Of a DNA stretch of 58,122 nucleotides, positions 37,776-47,898 are shown piece by piece (within the stretch, counting starts at the first letter, position 1; the number at the start of each line of letters is the position of its first letter). The DNA lies in the IMG/VR virus record IMGVR_UViG_3300027721_000019, positions 1-58,122 of that record; one strand, written 5' to 3'. The notes below the pieces were generated by a model. It did not search any database, had not been told where the DNA came from, and was given only the letters and a program-made list of their open reading frames with translations. The position numbers were made by a program, and so were the translations under genes. Source of the DNA: a virus (Duplodnaviria; Caudoviricetes).

Positions 37776-40244
37776 ATGTCGAACTTACAACAAAGAAACT
37801 ATTATAAAATTTTTACAGGTACTAATCAAACCGGTGGTTATGAAAAGCTTCATTTAGGATATGAAGCTAAAACTATTGAAATTGTTTTTAAAGCTGATAA
37901 TACAACCTATTTTCATGTTCCGTTTTTTGCAAGCGTACAATCTGTTTTAGATTCAACCTTAGTAGGGGATGGAGCGGTACCAGGTATCATTCCAGCTTTA
38001 TCAGATAGAATTTTCAAAAAACAAGGAGGGTATGAAAACACTACCCCGTGGGGTAAATCCTTAATTCAGGACGGTACATGGTTATGTTCATGGCTATACA
38101 AAGAAAGCGATAGTGATAATACACCCCCTGTATGGTATGATCGTTATTATAACCCAGGTTTTATAAACTATACCGACGCCCTACAACAAGGTGTATCTAC
38201 TGTTACTGAGTACAGCAGTAATAACCCGATATATATTGATGTAGTATCTCAATTAACATTAGAGCCAGGTGTACTGTATCAGTATTATCATAACGGTGAA
38301 AAATCTGCTACAGATATTGTAAAAACATTTGCAGGTAATAATAATGATAGATTAAAACTGAATATAGACAATTGGAATGAAAATACAGTAGATAGTTCTA
38401 TTTATAATAATAGCGTTGTAATAGACAATTTTAAACCTAATTGGATATCTGTACCGTATGACCCAGGTTATACAGATAGAAGCATACTAACATTTGATAA
38501 TACTGATTTTATCGACGCTAAAGTTATTTATAATGAGACCTATTCTCTACCTGATGAATTTACTTTATCCTTTTGGGTATATAATAAAGATTGGGGCAAT
38601 GCTACTAGTACCCAGTTAGTAGGCAATCTTAATAAAGGCGGATACAGCGTTATGTATAACAATTTAAATTATAATCCCTTTTACGTTGTACCGGAAAGCA
38701 CATACGGTCATTTGTTATATTTTAATCAAGACAATAATAACTATTATGATCAAAATTTAGGAGCTAGTTTAATACAAATTTCTACACCTGTTTACACAAG
38801 TATTAATTCTAACTCTGAAGTTATAGTTTTAGATTCAAATAATTCTCTATTATCTAAATACGATCACCAAGGTAGTGCTACAACATATTCAAAATATTCT
38901 ACAGGAGATATATTTTATTTACCAGGTACAGCTAAACAACTTGCTATAGACGGTAATAACAATACCATAGTTGTTACAACGTCAGGTACGTATATATTTG
39001 ATCAGAGTTTAACATATCAGACATCGTCGTCAACTACCTATACACCATTTAGTGAAGTTATTTTTGACGCAAACGGTAATATACAAACAATACAAAATTG
39101 CTTGGCTGCAATTTACGATAAAGATAATACTCTATGGACTATAGAGGCTAGCGGAGATTTATACCGTACATTACCCGGAGAAGATAAAGCTCTCTATTTA
39201 GATCTACCCGTTACTACAACAGCAAGATTAGCTATTGACCCTTATAATAATTTATGGATAGTAAATTATTCGTCTGATATTATTAAACTAAATTTAGATA
39301 CATTAACTACAACAAACATCAGTATTGGTACTACTCAACCTAACGATTCGACAAATTTTAAAAACATTAGTTTTATAAACACGTACGATCGACTAACAAA
39401 TTCTTTTGCTTGGTACGCTCTATTATATAGTAATATCGATAAAATATTGTATGAAGCTGATTTAAACGGTAATGTATTAAAAATAACTAATTTACCTAAT
39501 ACATTATTTTTACTAGATCCGTTAACATCCACACAAAACAACAATAACTTAACCTTTACATGTAAAGGAGATTTTACAGGGTATGAGTGGAGAAGAATTT
39601 TTAATAATTCTCTTTACAGAAATAATTCCCAAATGCAATTTAAAATAGCAACTAGAACTCCTTCCCCCTTCAATACTTTGTATTACACATATACATTATC
39701 GGTACCAGTACAATACCTAACTAATAATATGTGGCATCTTATTACGGCTACATATAAAAATAATACCTTATCTCTTTTTATTAACGATTTAAAAAGAGGT
39801 ACTTTAACCATACCTTCTAATCTTTTATTGAATTACGATTTTAGAAATAATCTATATGTAGGCACACCTAATGGTAAAAGTGATAATCTTAACAAAGAGA
39901 TAAATTCTATTTCCGTTATATGGAACGGTGCTATCGATTCAATAAAAATATATGATTACGCTATAGATCCTGCCTTCATAAAATATTTTATAAGAGAAAA
40001 AACAATAGCCAGTGATATAGTATGGAACGTACAAACGACACCGCTTCAATATATTGAAACTATAGATAGATTTTTTAAACATAGAGTACCAGGTTCAAAA
40101 AGTAATTTCTTTAATATTAAAATTAGCGGTACTCAAATCACCGATCCTGATACACGCTTACAAATAGAAAATAATATTATACAGTCAATACAAACACTTA
40201 AACCTGCATACACTGAACTTCTTAATGTTGAATGGTTAGATTAA
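37776..40244 (+). CDS. LamG/concanavalin-like plus beta-propeller protein with gpI/gp7-like C-terminus
   Basis: EFTLSFWVY...WHLITATY...LFIND...LYVG...WNGAIDSIKIYDYAI (LamG split by a propeller insert); terminal LKPAYTEL. ATG 37776 preferred. Confidence 0.65.
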   Translation: MSNLQQRNYYKIFTGTNQTGGYEKLHLGYEAKTIEIVFKADNTTYFHVPFFASVQSVLDSTLVGDGAVPGIIPALSDRIFKKQGGYENTTPWGKSLIQDGTWLCSWLYKESDSDNTPPVWYDRYYNPGFINYTDALQQGVSTVTEYSSNNPIYIDVVSQLTLEPGVLYQYYHNGEKSATDIVKTFAGNNNDRLKLNIDNWNENTVDSSIYNNSVVIDNFKPNWISVPYDPGYTDRSILTFDNTDFIDAKVIYNETYSLPDEFTLSFWVYNKDWGNATSTQLVGNLNKGGYSVMYNNLNYNPFYVVPESTYGHLLYFNQDNNNYYDQNLGASLIQISTPVYTSINSNSEVIVLDSNNSLLSKYDHQGSATTYSKYSTGDIFYLPGTAKQLAIDGNNNTIVVTTSGTYIFDQSLTYQTSSSTTYTPFSEVIFDANGNIQTIQNCLAAIYDKDNTLWTIEASGDLYRTLPGEDKALYLDLPVTTTARLAIDPYNNLWIVNYSSDIIKLNLDTLTTTNISIGTTQPNDSTNFKNISFINTYDRLTNSFAWYALLYSNIDKILYEADLNGNVLKITNLPNTLFLLDPLTSTQNNNNLTFTCKGDFTGYEWRRIFNNSLYRNNSQMQFKIATRTPSPFNTLYYTYTLSVPVQYLTNNMWHLITATYKNNTLSLFINDLKRGTLTIPSNLLLNYDFRNNLYVGTPNGKSDNLNKEINSISVIWNGAIDSIKIYDYAIDPAFIKYFIREKTIASDIVWNVQTTPLQYIETIDRFFKHRVPGSKSNFFNIKISGTQITDPDTRLQIENNIIQSIQTLKPAYTELLNVEWLD

Positions 40245-40260
40245 TGTACTAAATATTAAG

Positions 40261-43200
40261 ATGTCACTCTCCGCTACGTATATATATCCTGCAGGGTTTA
40301 ATAACGCTTCTTTTACACGTTATTTAACAGCTACTTTATATACGTATACATCAGCTGGGTCAGGTACAGGTTTTGCAACAAATAAAACTGATTTTATTTC
40401 CTGGTCATTTCCTACTTTTGTTACTGCCTATTCGTCAATAAACTTGGGTTCAGCAAATATTTACCCGACAACTGTTATATCTAATACGGCAACTAATATA
40501 TCATTTTTATCTGGTGCAACAGCCCCTCTTTCAAGTATAAACACAATATATCTAGCGTTTAATTCGTCAACATACGATGATGCAACTTCAAGCTATACAC
40601 TTTGCTCCTTACCAGTTAATTGTACTTTTGTTAGTAATGTTAGTTACAGTAACCCAGCAACATACACTCAAACCTTTGATACCTTTCCTGATATTAAATT
40701 AAACGCATCTGTTAATTTTGAAAATACACTTAACTCATCTTATTTTTACCGTTTAACATCTACAACACCTTTTAACGCTCAAGTTGCATTTAATTCACCT
40801 ACTTTAGGTAATTTATCTGCTTCATCAACGATCTTTAGTGTCAGTGCTACATTAAACAATACTACTACTGATATAAACAGTTTTAATGCACCGTTAAATT
40901 TAACACGTAATACACCTTGTGTTTCAAGTTTCGGTATTACAGTTTCAGCTCTATCAGGAATTAATAGTTATTCACCGTGGTATTCCCCTCATACCTTTCA
41001 GCAATCAATATCAGCTAGATTTGTACCATACTTTTTATCAGCAGGGTTTATAGGGTATACAGATACCGTATTTGCAGACGGCTTAATATACCCTGTCAAT
41101 AGTTCAAATTATAATAATGTACTTTCGAGTACACCAGCTGTATCTGCCGAGCTTTCTTTCTTAGGAGAAGGACATACTGCTAATATAACTTTAACAGCTA
41201 ATAGAGATACAAATATTAAGCAATATAATTGGTCCATAAGCAACTCTACTTACTTAAGTTCAATAACTTTTAATACGTTTAGTCTTACAGCCGTTAATAA
41301 CGGCACACTTACTACTTCAAGTGCCCAGGTAACAGCAGTATTATCCACTTCACCTGCTTTAGATTTTATCTTACCCATTAGCTTACAAGTCGGGGATAGT
41401 ACATATTTTACTCTATCTACTAACCCACCTATTATACAATACGACGATGTAAACGGCACACCGTCCTTTTACCCTTACTACTCTTCAACATTAGATGTAA
41501 GAGGAGTTGAAGCTTCAGCAACTAATAATGTTTTTCATCAATCTATTATTGTAAGTACGTACAATACTTCTAGCTATATACTCTACCCAGGTACAGCCTC
41601 ACAAATATATTTACCACCAAACGGTTCACCTGTTCTTTATCGCTCTACTTTTACTAACACATCCGGTACATTCGGTAATACATGTCTTGACAAATATCAA
41701 CTAATATGGACCTGGGCAGCTTTATCGAGTGTATCAAACGGTAATGCAAATAACTTACCGTACCCAATAACAAATTGGACAACAGCTCCCACCTCCTGGG
41801 CAATGACTCAATGCTTATCAACTTGTAATTCAAGTTCTCTATCAACAATAATTTTAGGTACATCCGGATTATTTGCTAAGACTTGGGCTAATGAAGGTAC
41901 AACAGCACTAACCGGTACTCCTTACCCTGTACAGTTATCGCAATCAGGAGGTATTCTCTGGTCTCTAACTAATAACAAATGGACATACCCGGCTATACCT
42001 GTTATTAATAATGCTACCAATACGTTTGAATACACACTTCAACTATCAGCAGACGATAGTATACTAACAAATACCGGGGGAACAGCTAACAAGTATCAAG
42101 ATACAAATATTACCCTACAAGCTCAGCTTTGTGTACTAGCACAAGTTCCCGGAGTTGTAGGTAACCCAGGTGTATTAATGGATTGGTTACCTAGAGGTAT
42201 ACATATAACATACTTACAATCTCTTACCTCTATCGGGTTACCTTATCCAAAAATATATACCTCTAATCGCTACGTACTAACCGGTTCTAATATAATTTTC
42301 CAAAATTTAACAACAAAATCATCCGCAGTAACTGCTATCAGTGCTAATTTTGATAACACAGATTATTTTTATCTAACAGGAGATTCATTTAATCAAACAT
42401 TTACTGTTAATAATAGCTCTATAGGTTATAAAGATTTGACATTAATATCCCATACAACACTTCCTAATCAACCTGTCATAAAAACAATTTTTCCGAGTAT
42501 TGTACAAATTGTGCCTCAATACGATACTATTGTTACAGAAGATTACAGAACACAAAATTCATCAATTACCTTACCTTGGCCTGATCAACCTAAAATAGGA
42601 TCAAACGATTGGGTTGTTAGCGATAATATTAATTCTTGTATCAGTAAAATATACGATAATTTACACTATCTAGATTTAATTAGTAAGTCGTATCCAGGCA
42701 CTTACTCAGAATACTTTGGATATCTAAGCCCGGTAAATTATTCTACTTCTACATTTGTATGCCCTACCTGGACATGGGAAAGTGTTAATACGTCTATTAA
42801 TCCTTCTAGTACTGTTATTTGGGAAGATGCTAACGTAGATGGTGTATATGTTAGTTGCGGTACCTGGGAACAACAAACATATCAATATACAAATATAACT
42901 AATACTTTAACAGCGGTAAATAATGCACCTTACACTGTTTGTGACCAAGGTACCTGGAATGTTAATATACCGGGTTTAGATCAAAATTATCAGATTGTTA
43001 GTAACGGAAACACTTTTAATAAAAAGTGTATATATACAGGTATTGTTTCAAAAGATAATAACTTATACGTTACTCTTCCTACTCAAATTAATTTACTATC
43101 ATCAGATTACGTAGCTACCGTCTACAACACTAAAAGTACTGTAGACGGTATTAAAACATTTTCTTCCATATCAAATATTTGTTTAGATAGTAATAATAAA

Positions 43201-44121
43201 ATATTTGTACTTGATAGTAATTTTGCTCAAATCTACACCTTTACTATTGATGAAAATAATAATTGGAATCTATTTAACAGCTGGGGAGGATTTGGTTTAG
43301 CTACTACAAAATCTAAATTTAATACTCCTAATGACATACATATTGATCAGCTTAATAATGTTTGGATTTGTGATACAGGTAACAAAGCAATTAAGCAATA
43401 TTCAGATACAGGTACTTGGATTCAAACAATCTATGATAGTAATTTAATTAGTAACCCGCCTGTGTCCCTTGCTGTCGATAGTCAACAAAACGTACATGTA
43501 CTAACAGCTAACGGTATTTTAGTTTACAGTTATTCCGGTGTATATCAAAGAACTTACAGTTATAGTGAATATATTACTTCTACAGTACCTAGACGTATTA
43601 ATACATCATATAATAGAGAAATAATCTATATAGCTTTTGATTCTCAAGTAGTTAAGTTTTTTAGAACAGGTGTATTTGCAGGATATATTATTAAATCAAT
43701 ACCTGAGGTAACAAATATTAAAGGTCTGTATCAAGATGAGTTCCGTAACTTACTTGTAACGTCTGATAATATCATTTTAAAGTTTCCAGACCTTATGCAG
43801 TTAATACCTCGTAAAGGAAGTTTACCCTCATATTACTGGCCGTTAAATGATTTATTAATTCATAAAGAGGAATATGTACAAAATTGGGTATATACAAAAT
43901 CATTCCAACGCCTCTGGGACAATATTGAATATTTTAGAAATACACTTTACTACTCTTCAGGTAACTGCTTGTCATATAGTGCACCTTTACACGATAAAAG
44001 TAAAATGATTATCGGTCAAAACGAAATTGTAACATCAACTGTTATTAACCGTATACTAGGTTATCTCTGGGATAACTTCTATACATTTGTAAAATACTAC
44101 GATCCGGACTGTAATAACTAG
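40261..44121 (+). CDS. giant virion protein with C-terminal NHL beta-propeller
   Basis: WGGFG...KFNTPNDIHIDQLNNVWICDTGNKAIKQY and PVSLAVDSQQNVHV NHL repeats. Confidence 0.6.
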   Translation: MSLSATYIYPAGFNNASFTRYLTATLYTYTSAGSGTGFATNKTDFISWSFPTFVTAYSSINLGSANIYPTTVISNTATNISFLSGATAPLSSINTIYLAFNSSTYDDATSSYTLCSLPVNCTFVSNVSYSNPATYTQTFDTFPDIKLNASVNFENTLNSSYFYRLTSTTPFNAQVAFNSPTLGNLSASSTIFSVSATLNNTTTDINSFNAPLNLTRNTPCVSSFGITVSALSGINSYSPWYSPHTFQQSISARFVPYFLSAGFIGYTDTVFADGLIYPVNSSNYNNVLSSTPAVSAELSFLGEGHTANITLTANRDTNIKQYNWSISNSTYLSSITFNTFSLTAVNNGTLTTSSAQVTAVLSTSPALDFILPISLQVGDSTYFTLSTNPPIIQYDDVNGTPSFYPYYSSTLDVRGVEASATNNVFHQSIIVSTYNTSSYILYPGTASQIYLPPNGSPVLYRSTFTNTSGTFGNTCLDKYQLIWTWAALSSVSNGNANNLPYPITNWTTAPTSWAMTQCLSTCNSSSLSTIILGTSGLFAKTWANEGTTALTGTPYPVQLSQSGGILWSLTNNKWTYPAIPVINNATNTFEYTLQLSADDSILTNTGGTANKYQDTNITLQAQLCVLAQVPGVVGNPGVLMDWLPRGIHITYLQSLTSIGLPYPKIYTSNRYVLTGSNIIFQNLTTKSSAVTAISANFDNTDYFYLTGDSFNQTFTVNNSSIGYKDLTLISHTTLPNQPVIKTIFPSIVQIVPQYDTIVTEDYRTQNSSITLPWPDQPKIGSNDWVVSDNINSCISKIYDNLHYLDLISKSYPGTYSEYFGYLSPVNYSTSTFVCPTWTWESVNTSINPSSTVIWEDANVDGVYVSCGTWEQQTYQYTNITNTLTAVNNAPYTVCDQGTWNVNIPGLDQNYQIVSNGNTFNKKCIYTGIVSKDNNLYVTLPTQINLLSSDYVATVYNTKSTVDGIKTFSSISNICLDSNNKIFVLDSNFAQIYTFTIDENNNWNLFNSWGGFGLATTKSKFNTPNDIHIDQLNNVWICDTGNKAIKQYSDTGTWIQTIYDSNLISNPPVSLAVDSQQNVHVLTANGILVYSYSGVYQRTYSYSEYITSTVPRRINTSYNREIIYIAFDSQVVKFFRTGVFAGYIIKSIPEVTNIKGLYQDEFRNLLVTSDNIILKFPDLMQLIPRKGSLPSYYWPLNDLLIHKEEYVQNWVYTKSFQRLWDNIEYFRNTLYYSSGNCLSYSAPLHDKSKMIIGQNEIVTSTVINRILGYLWDNFYTFVKYYDPDCNN

Positions 44122-44146
44122 AAATAACTAATAAATAAATTATACC

Positions 44147-44764
44147 ATGGCAGACCTTTATACAGACGAATCAGTTACATCAATTTCTAGTCCTGTAAAA
44201 ATACCTTCAACAGATTTTATAGGTAATTCTTTAACTACAATTAATAATAATTACGATACCTTGTATCAAAATATCTTGTTTTTACAAAAACAAATAACTA
44301 ATATACAAGGAATACCAACAGGTACAATAGCTTTCTACGTAGCTCAAACCCCACCAACAGGCTGGCTTGTTTGTGATGGAACAATTGTAAGTAGTTCTTT
44401 ATATCCTGTACTATATAATCTATTAGGTACAACATACGGTGCTAAAGGTAAGACACCTGACTTAAGAGGTCAGTTTATACGTGGCTGGAATAATAGTAAC
44501 ACAGGTTTAGATGCATCTCGTTCTTTTGGCCAGACCCAGGCTGATGCTTATAAATCTCACACTCACAATATTAACAATCAAATTTCTGAAGGTCCTCAAT
44601 GGATAGGCTTTTCAAGAGGTGATATTTCCCCATCTGCACCTTCTGATGCCTCCGGTTATCAAGCCGGTGTAAACAGTAACGATCGCATTTTTCGTATAGT
44701 TGCAAGCGGTGACACTGAAACACGCCCGAATAATATTGCCCTTTTAGGATGTATAAAATGGTAA
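44147..44764 (+). CDS. short tail fibre with phage tail-collar domain
   Basis: PTGTIAFY...PPTGWLVCDG...YPVLY.LLG..YG....PDLRGQFIRGW...Q.DA.KSH.H...ETRPNNIAL. Confidence 0.88.
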   Translation: MADLYTDESVTSISSPVKIPSTDFIGNSLTTINNNYDTLYQNILFLQKQITNIQGIPTGTIAFYVAQTPPTGWLVCDGTIVSSSLYPVLYNLLGTTYGAKGKTPDLRGQFIRGWNNSNTGLDASRSFGQTQADAYKSHTHNINNQISEGPQWIGFSRGDISPSAPSDASGYQAGVNSNDRIFRIVASGDTETRPNNIALLGCIKW

Positions 44765-44809
44765 TTTATATCAGAAAAAACGACAAAATAGAATAAATAT
44801 AATTACAAT

Positions 44810-45628
44810 ATGAATAACCCTCTCTCTGATATGTACTCCGAAGTTCTTCTTAACGAAGCAAAGAAACATGATAAAAGCTCTCTTGCTGGTAAAAAGAACC
44901 TTAAGTTTGACCCTCTTCCCGATCAAGACATCGATGTTGAACCTCTTGCAAAGGGTCGCGGTACAGATAGAGTTGCTAAGACTAGCAAGTTAAAAACACC
45001 AGCAGAAAACGCTAAGTATTCTGCTTCAAAGAAAAAGAAAGGAAAAAGTTTAAAAATGGAAAATACAACAAACAAATACGAAGGAGCTTTTGAAAAGCTT
45101 TTCAAGTCCACCCTCAATGAAGAGTTCGGTGCTGTTGAAGCTGCTGAACAGGAAATTGAAGATCACGCCGATGAAATTCCTACATCTGATGAAGATATGG
45201 GCGAAGAACTCGGTGCTCAAGAAGATGAAGCTGGTGATCTCGTTTCTGATATCAAGTCAGTTATCGATAGCTTAAATTCTATTCTCGATAAGCTCGCCGA
45301 GCACGAAGAAGAAGAAGAAGGCAGTGATATGGAAGCTGAAGAGGAAATGGGCGAGGAGGAGCCTTTTGAAGAGTCTCTCGCAACAGATGAAGCTGAAGAA
45401 GAAGGACATGCCTTAGTCGATGCTAAGAAGCTCGAAAAAGGATTAACAGGCCCTAAGGGTAAGTATAATGTCGGTGGTGTTAAGACCACAACCGGTAAGG
45501 CTGTTAATGGTACAATTAAAGTTGCCCCTGAAACAAAGGAACTTCCTGCTACCGATAAAGGCTTGCAGAATACAAAGAAGTTCAATCCTAAGACTTCAAA
45601 CATCAAAGTTGGCGATTTCTTCAAGTAA
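44810..45628 (+). CDS. acidic/basic hypothetical protein, candidate prohead core/internal protein
   Basis: Glu-rich centre, Lys-rich ends, several LxE motifs; own promoter motif and terminator. Confidence 0.6.
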   Translation: MNNPLSDMYSEVLLNEAKKHDKSSLAGKKNLKFDPLPDQDIDVEPLAKGRGTDRVAKTSKLKTPAENAKYSASKKKKGKSLKMENTTNKYEGAFEKLFKSTLNEEFGAVEAAEQEIEDHADEIPTSDEDMGEELGAQEDEAGDLVSDIKSVIDSLNSILDKLAEHEEEEEGSDMEAEEEMGEEEPFEESLATDEAEEEGHALVDAKKLEKGLTGPKGKYNVGGVKTTTGKAVNGTIKVAPETKELPATDKGLQNTKKFNPKTSNIKVGDFFK

Positions 45629-45653
45629 GAAATAAACTTTAATAAAATCACAG

Positions 45654-45682
45654 ATAGCCCCTATATGGGGCTATTTCTGTTT
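45654..45682 (+). terminator. rho-independent terminator
   Basis: ATAGCCCC-TATAT-GGGGCTAT followed by TTCTGTTT. Confidence 0.75.
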
Positions 45683-45705
45683 ACTGGTTTAGCATAAGTA
45701 CTATT

Positions 45706-46290
45706 ATGAATCTGTTTGAAAAAGAGTTTAAAGATGGGTATTTAAAGTATCATACTAACACTATACCTCCTAACGCTCTTGACCCTAGAGTATTTTATAC
45801 AGAGATGGAAGGTGGTGATCCTAAGATGCTACCAGAGGTTAAATTACAAATTATTCAAGATATTGATGCTATTAATTCTGCAGAAAATGAATCTGTAAAA
45901 ACAAGAGTAAATGATTATATAGTTGTTGGGCCGATTTTAAAATCAGGTAGTTCAAAGTTTTGCCCTATAACTGCTATTGTTAGATTGAATACTGCTAATT
46001 TAGATGATATATTAAAAGAAAGAATTCTACAAGTAATTAGCTCTATTAATGATAGAAGAGCTCCAGGCACTACACACCCTCTTCACTATATACCGACAAT
46101 AAGAGAGTTTGATATGAATGCTTATGAGAGTATCTATCATCCGTTTTATGAAAAATGGCTTAAAAAGCCTAACTATATAGGAGAAGCAAAACACGATTTA
46201 AGTACTTTAGCAGACCCCGCTAAGTATAAAAAAAATACATATAAGAAAGCTAGCCTTTTAAAGGGTATTAAAAAATTAGGTAAAGTTTAA
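45706..46290 (+). CDS. degenerate nucleotidyltransferase-fold protein
   Basis: MLPEVKLQI...DYIVVGPILKSGSSKFCPITAIV...SIYHPFYEKWLKKP resembles phage Pol-beta-like NTases but lacks GS and DxD. Confidence 0.4.
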   Translation: MNLFEKEFKDGYLKYHTNTIPPNALDPRVFYTEMEGGDPKMLPEVKLQIIQDIDAINSAENESVKTRVNDYIVVGPILKSGSSKFCPITAIVRLNTANLDDILKERILQVISSINDRRAPGTTHPLHYIPTIREFDMNAYESIYHPFYEKWLKKPNYIGEAKHDLSTLADPAKYKKNTYKKASLLKGIKKLGKV

Positions 46291-46294
46291 AAGT

Positions 46295-46990
46295 ATGGAA
46301 ACAGTACGTTACCTTAATAAGAACGTTACAACGCAAGAGCGTTTAAACTTCAGTAGATGGTGGTATGAGCAGATTCAGCACTACGGTGTTCAGGTAAACT
46401 ATTACACTAACGGGTATCAGTTAAGTACGCAAAATTTTCTTTACGGGGAAGATCCAACTGCTACTTTTATTGAAACAGGCCCTGTAGTAATGTTAACAGA
46501 TATTACTAATGACGCTATAATGCTTTCTAAGTTTGGCATTATGGCTGATTGTGATATGACAGCTGTAATACATATATCAGGTTTTTATAACACATTTGGG
46601 CCTAATAAAGAACCTAAAGCTGGCGATCTTATCGAGCTACAAGAGTATGGAGGCTTTGGTGACAGACCAGGAGGAAGAGGAGCTCCAATATATGAAGTAA
46701 CCGAACGTGACGATCAGAATCTACCTATGCGTGCTAACCCTCTTATGGGTCATTATATTTGGGTTATAAAGTGCAGACGTTGGGAAGGTTCAAAAGAACC
46801 TGGTGCACCACGCGAATTGGCTAACACCCAACCTAGTGATGGTGGTGATTACGGCTTATTACCTGGAGGGACTAGTACCCCGGATCTTGTACAGCCTTAT
46901 CCAGATAATGCTAATACAGAAGGTCATCATATATTTGATCAGGATCAAGCCAATGAACAAGGTAGCCCGTACGGGTATTACGGTTTATAA
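46295..46990 (+). CDS. gp14: neck protein gp14 (head closure)
   Basis: EQIQHYGVQVNY...LYGEDP...LSKFGI...PKAGDLI...YIWVIKCRRW. Confidence 0.82.
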   Translation: METVRYLNKNVTTQERLNFSRWWYEQIQHYGVQVNYYTNGYQLSTQNFLYGEDPTATFIETGPVVMLTDITNDAIMLSKFGIMADCDMTAVIHISGFYNTFGPNKEPKAGDLIELQEYGGFGDRPGGRGAPIYEVTERDDQNLPMRANPLMGHYIWVIKCRRWEGSKEPGAPRELANTQPSDGGDYGLLPGGTSTPDLVQPYPDNANTEGHHIFDQDQANEQGSPYGYYGL

Positions 46991-47009
46991 AAAGATTAAA
47001 TAACTATAT

Positions 47010-47897
47010 ATGAACGTACTCCCAAGATACACTCAAGGATCTACTAATCTTAATCATAAGATTGCAAGTTACGATGCTTTAGCTTTAAGAGTGCGTCGTC
47101 AACTAGGTGAACCGTTAGTTGAAGTAGAAATAGCTAATGAACAAATTTATGATAATATAGCGATAGCTATGGAATACTTTACTAAGTATGCCGGTTATAC
47201 AGAAGAGTATCTTGTTTTCGATTCTAGGAAATATGTACCAGGTGTAGGTTTAGATGTTGCTACACTTATTAACAGAACACCAGAAATGACATCTACAACA
47301 CTTAATAACCCGATGTCAGCAACTACATCTGCTAGTTTATCTGCAGGGTACGATTTTGATTTAGAATCTTATAGACGTGTTTTAGATTGCTTTGTTTTTA
47401 ACTACGGTGAGTCAACTGGTATTAATACTCTCTTTACTTTAGAGCAGGCTATGGCTCAACAAATTTACTCGTCATACATGATTGGTAATTTCGGCTTTGA
47501 TCTTACTACCTGGGAAGTATTAAAAGAATTTATCGATTTAAGAAATAAAGTATTAGCACAAACCCCTCATTACCGTTTTGATCCTAAGACACAGCTTCTT
47601 AGAATCGTACCTGAACCTATATTACAAAATAGTTACTTAGGTGTTGTAGGTTGTTACTTAGAAAGACCGATTAAAGACATTATTAACGAACGTTGGATCT
47701 TTAGATATGTTTTAGCTTTATCTAAAATTACTGTTGCAAACGTTAGAGGTAAGTTCTCAGGTACAGGTCTTTTTGCCGGGGGCACAGTTAATGCAAATGA
47801 TTTTATGCAACAGGGTATAACAGAAAGAGATGCTTTAGAGCAAGAATTAAAACAACAAAACGAGGACGTTACACCACCTATGTGGTTTATAGGATAA
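47010..47897 (+). CDS. gp13: neck protein gp13 (head-tail adaptor)
   Basis: RRQLGEPLVEVEIANEQI.D.I..A...F, WIFRYVLAL.K....RGKF, terminal PPMWFIG. Confidence 0.88.
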   Translation: MNVLPRYTQGSTNLNHKIASYDALALRVRRQLGEPLVEVEIANEQIYDNIAIAMEYFTKYAGYTEEYLVFDSRKYVPGVGLDVATLINRTPEMTSTTLNNPMSATTSASLSAGYDFDLESYRRVLDCFVFNYGESTGINTLFTLEQAMAQQIYSSYMIGNFGFDLTTWEVLKEFIDLRNKVLAQTPHYRFDPKTQLLRIVPEPILQNSYLGVVGCYLERPIKDIINERWIFRYVLALSKITVANVRGKFSGTGLFAGGTVNANDFMQQGITERDALEQELKQQNEDVTPPMWFIG

Positions 47898-47898
47898 T

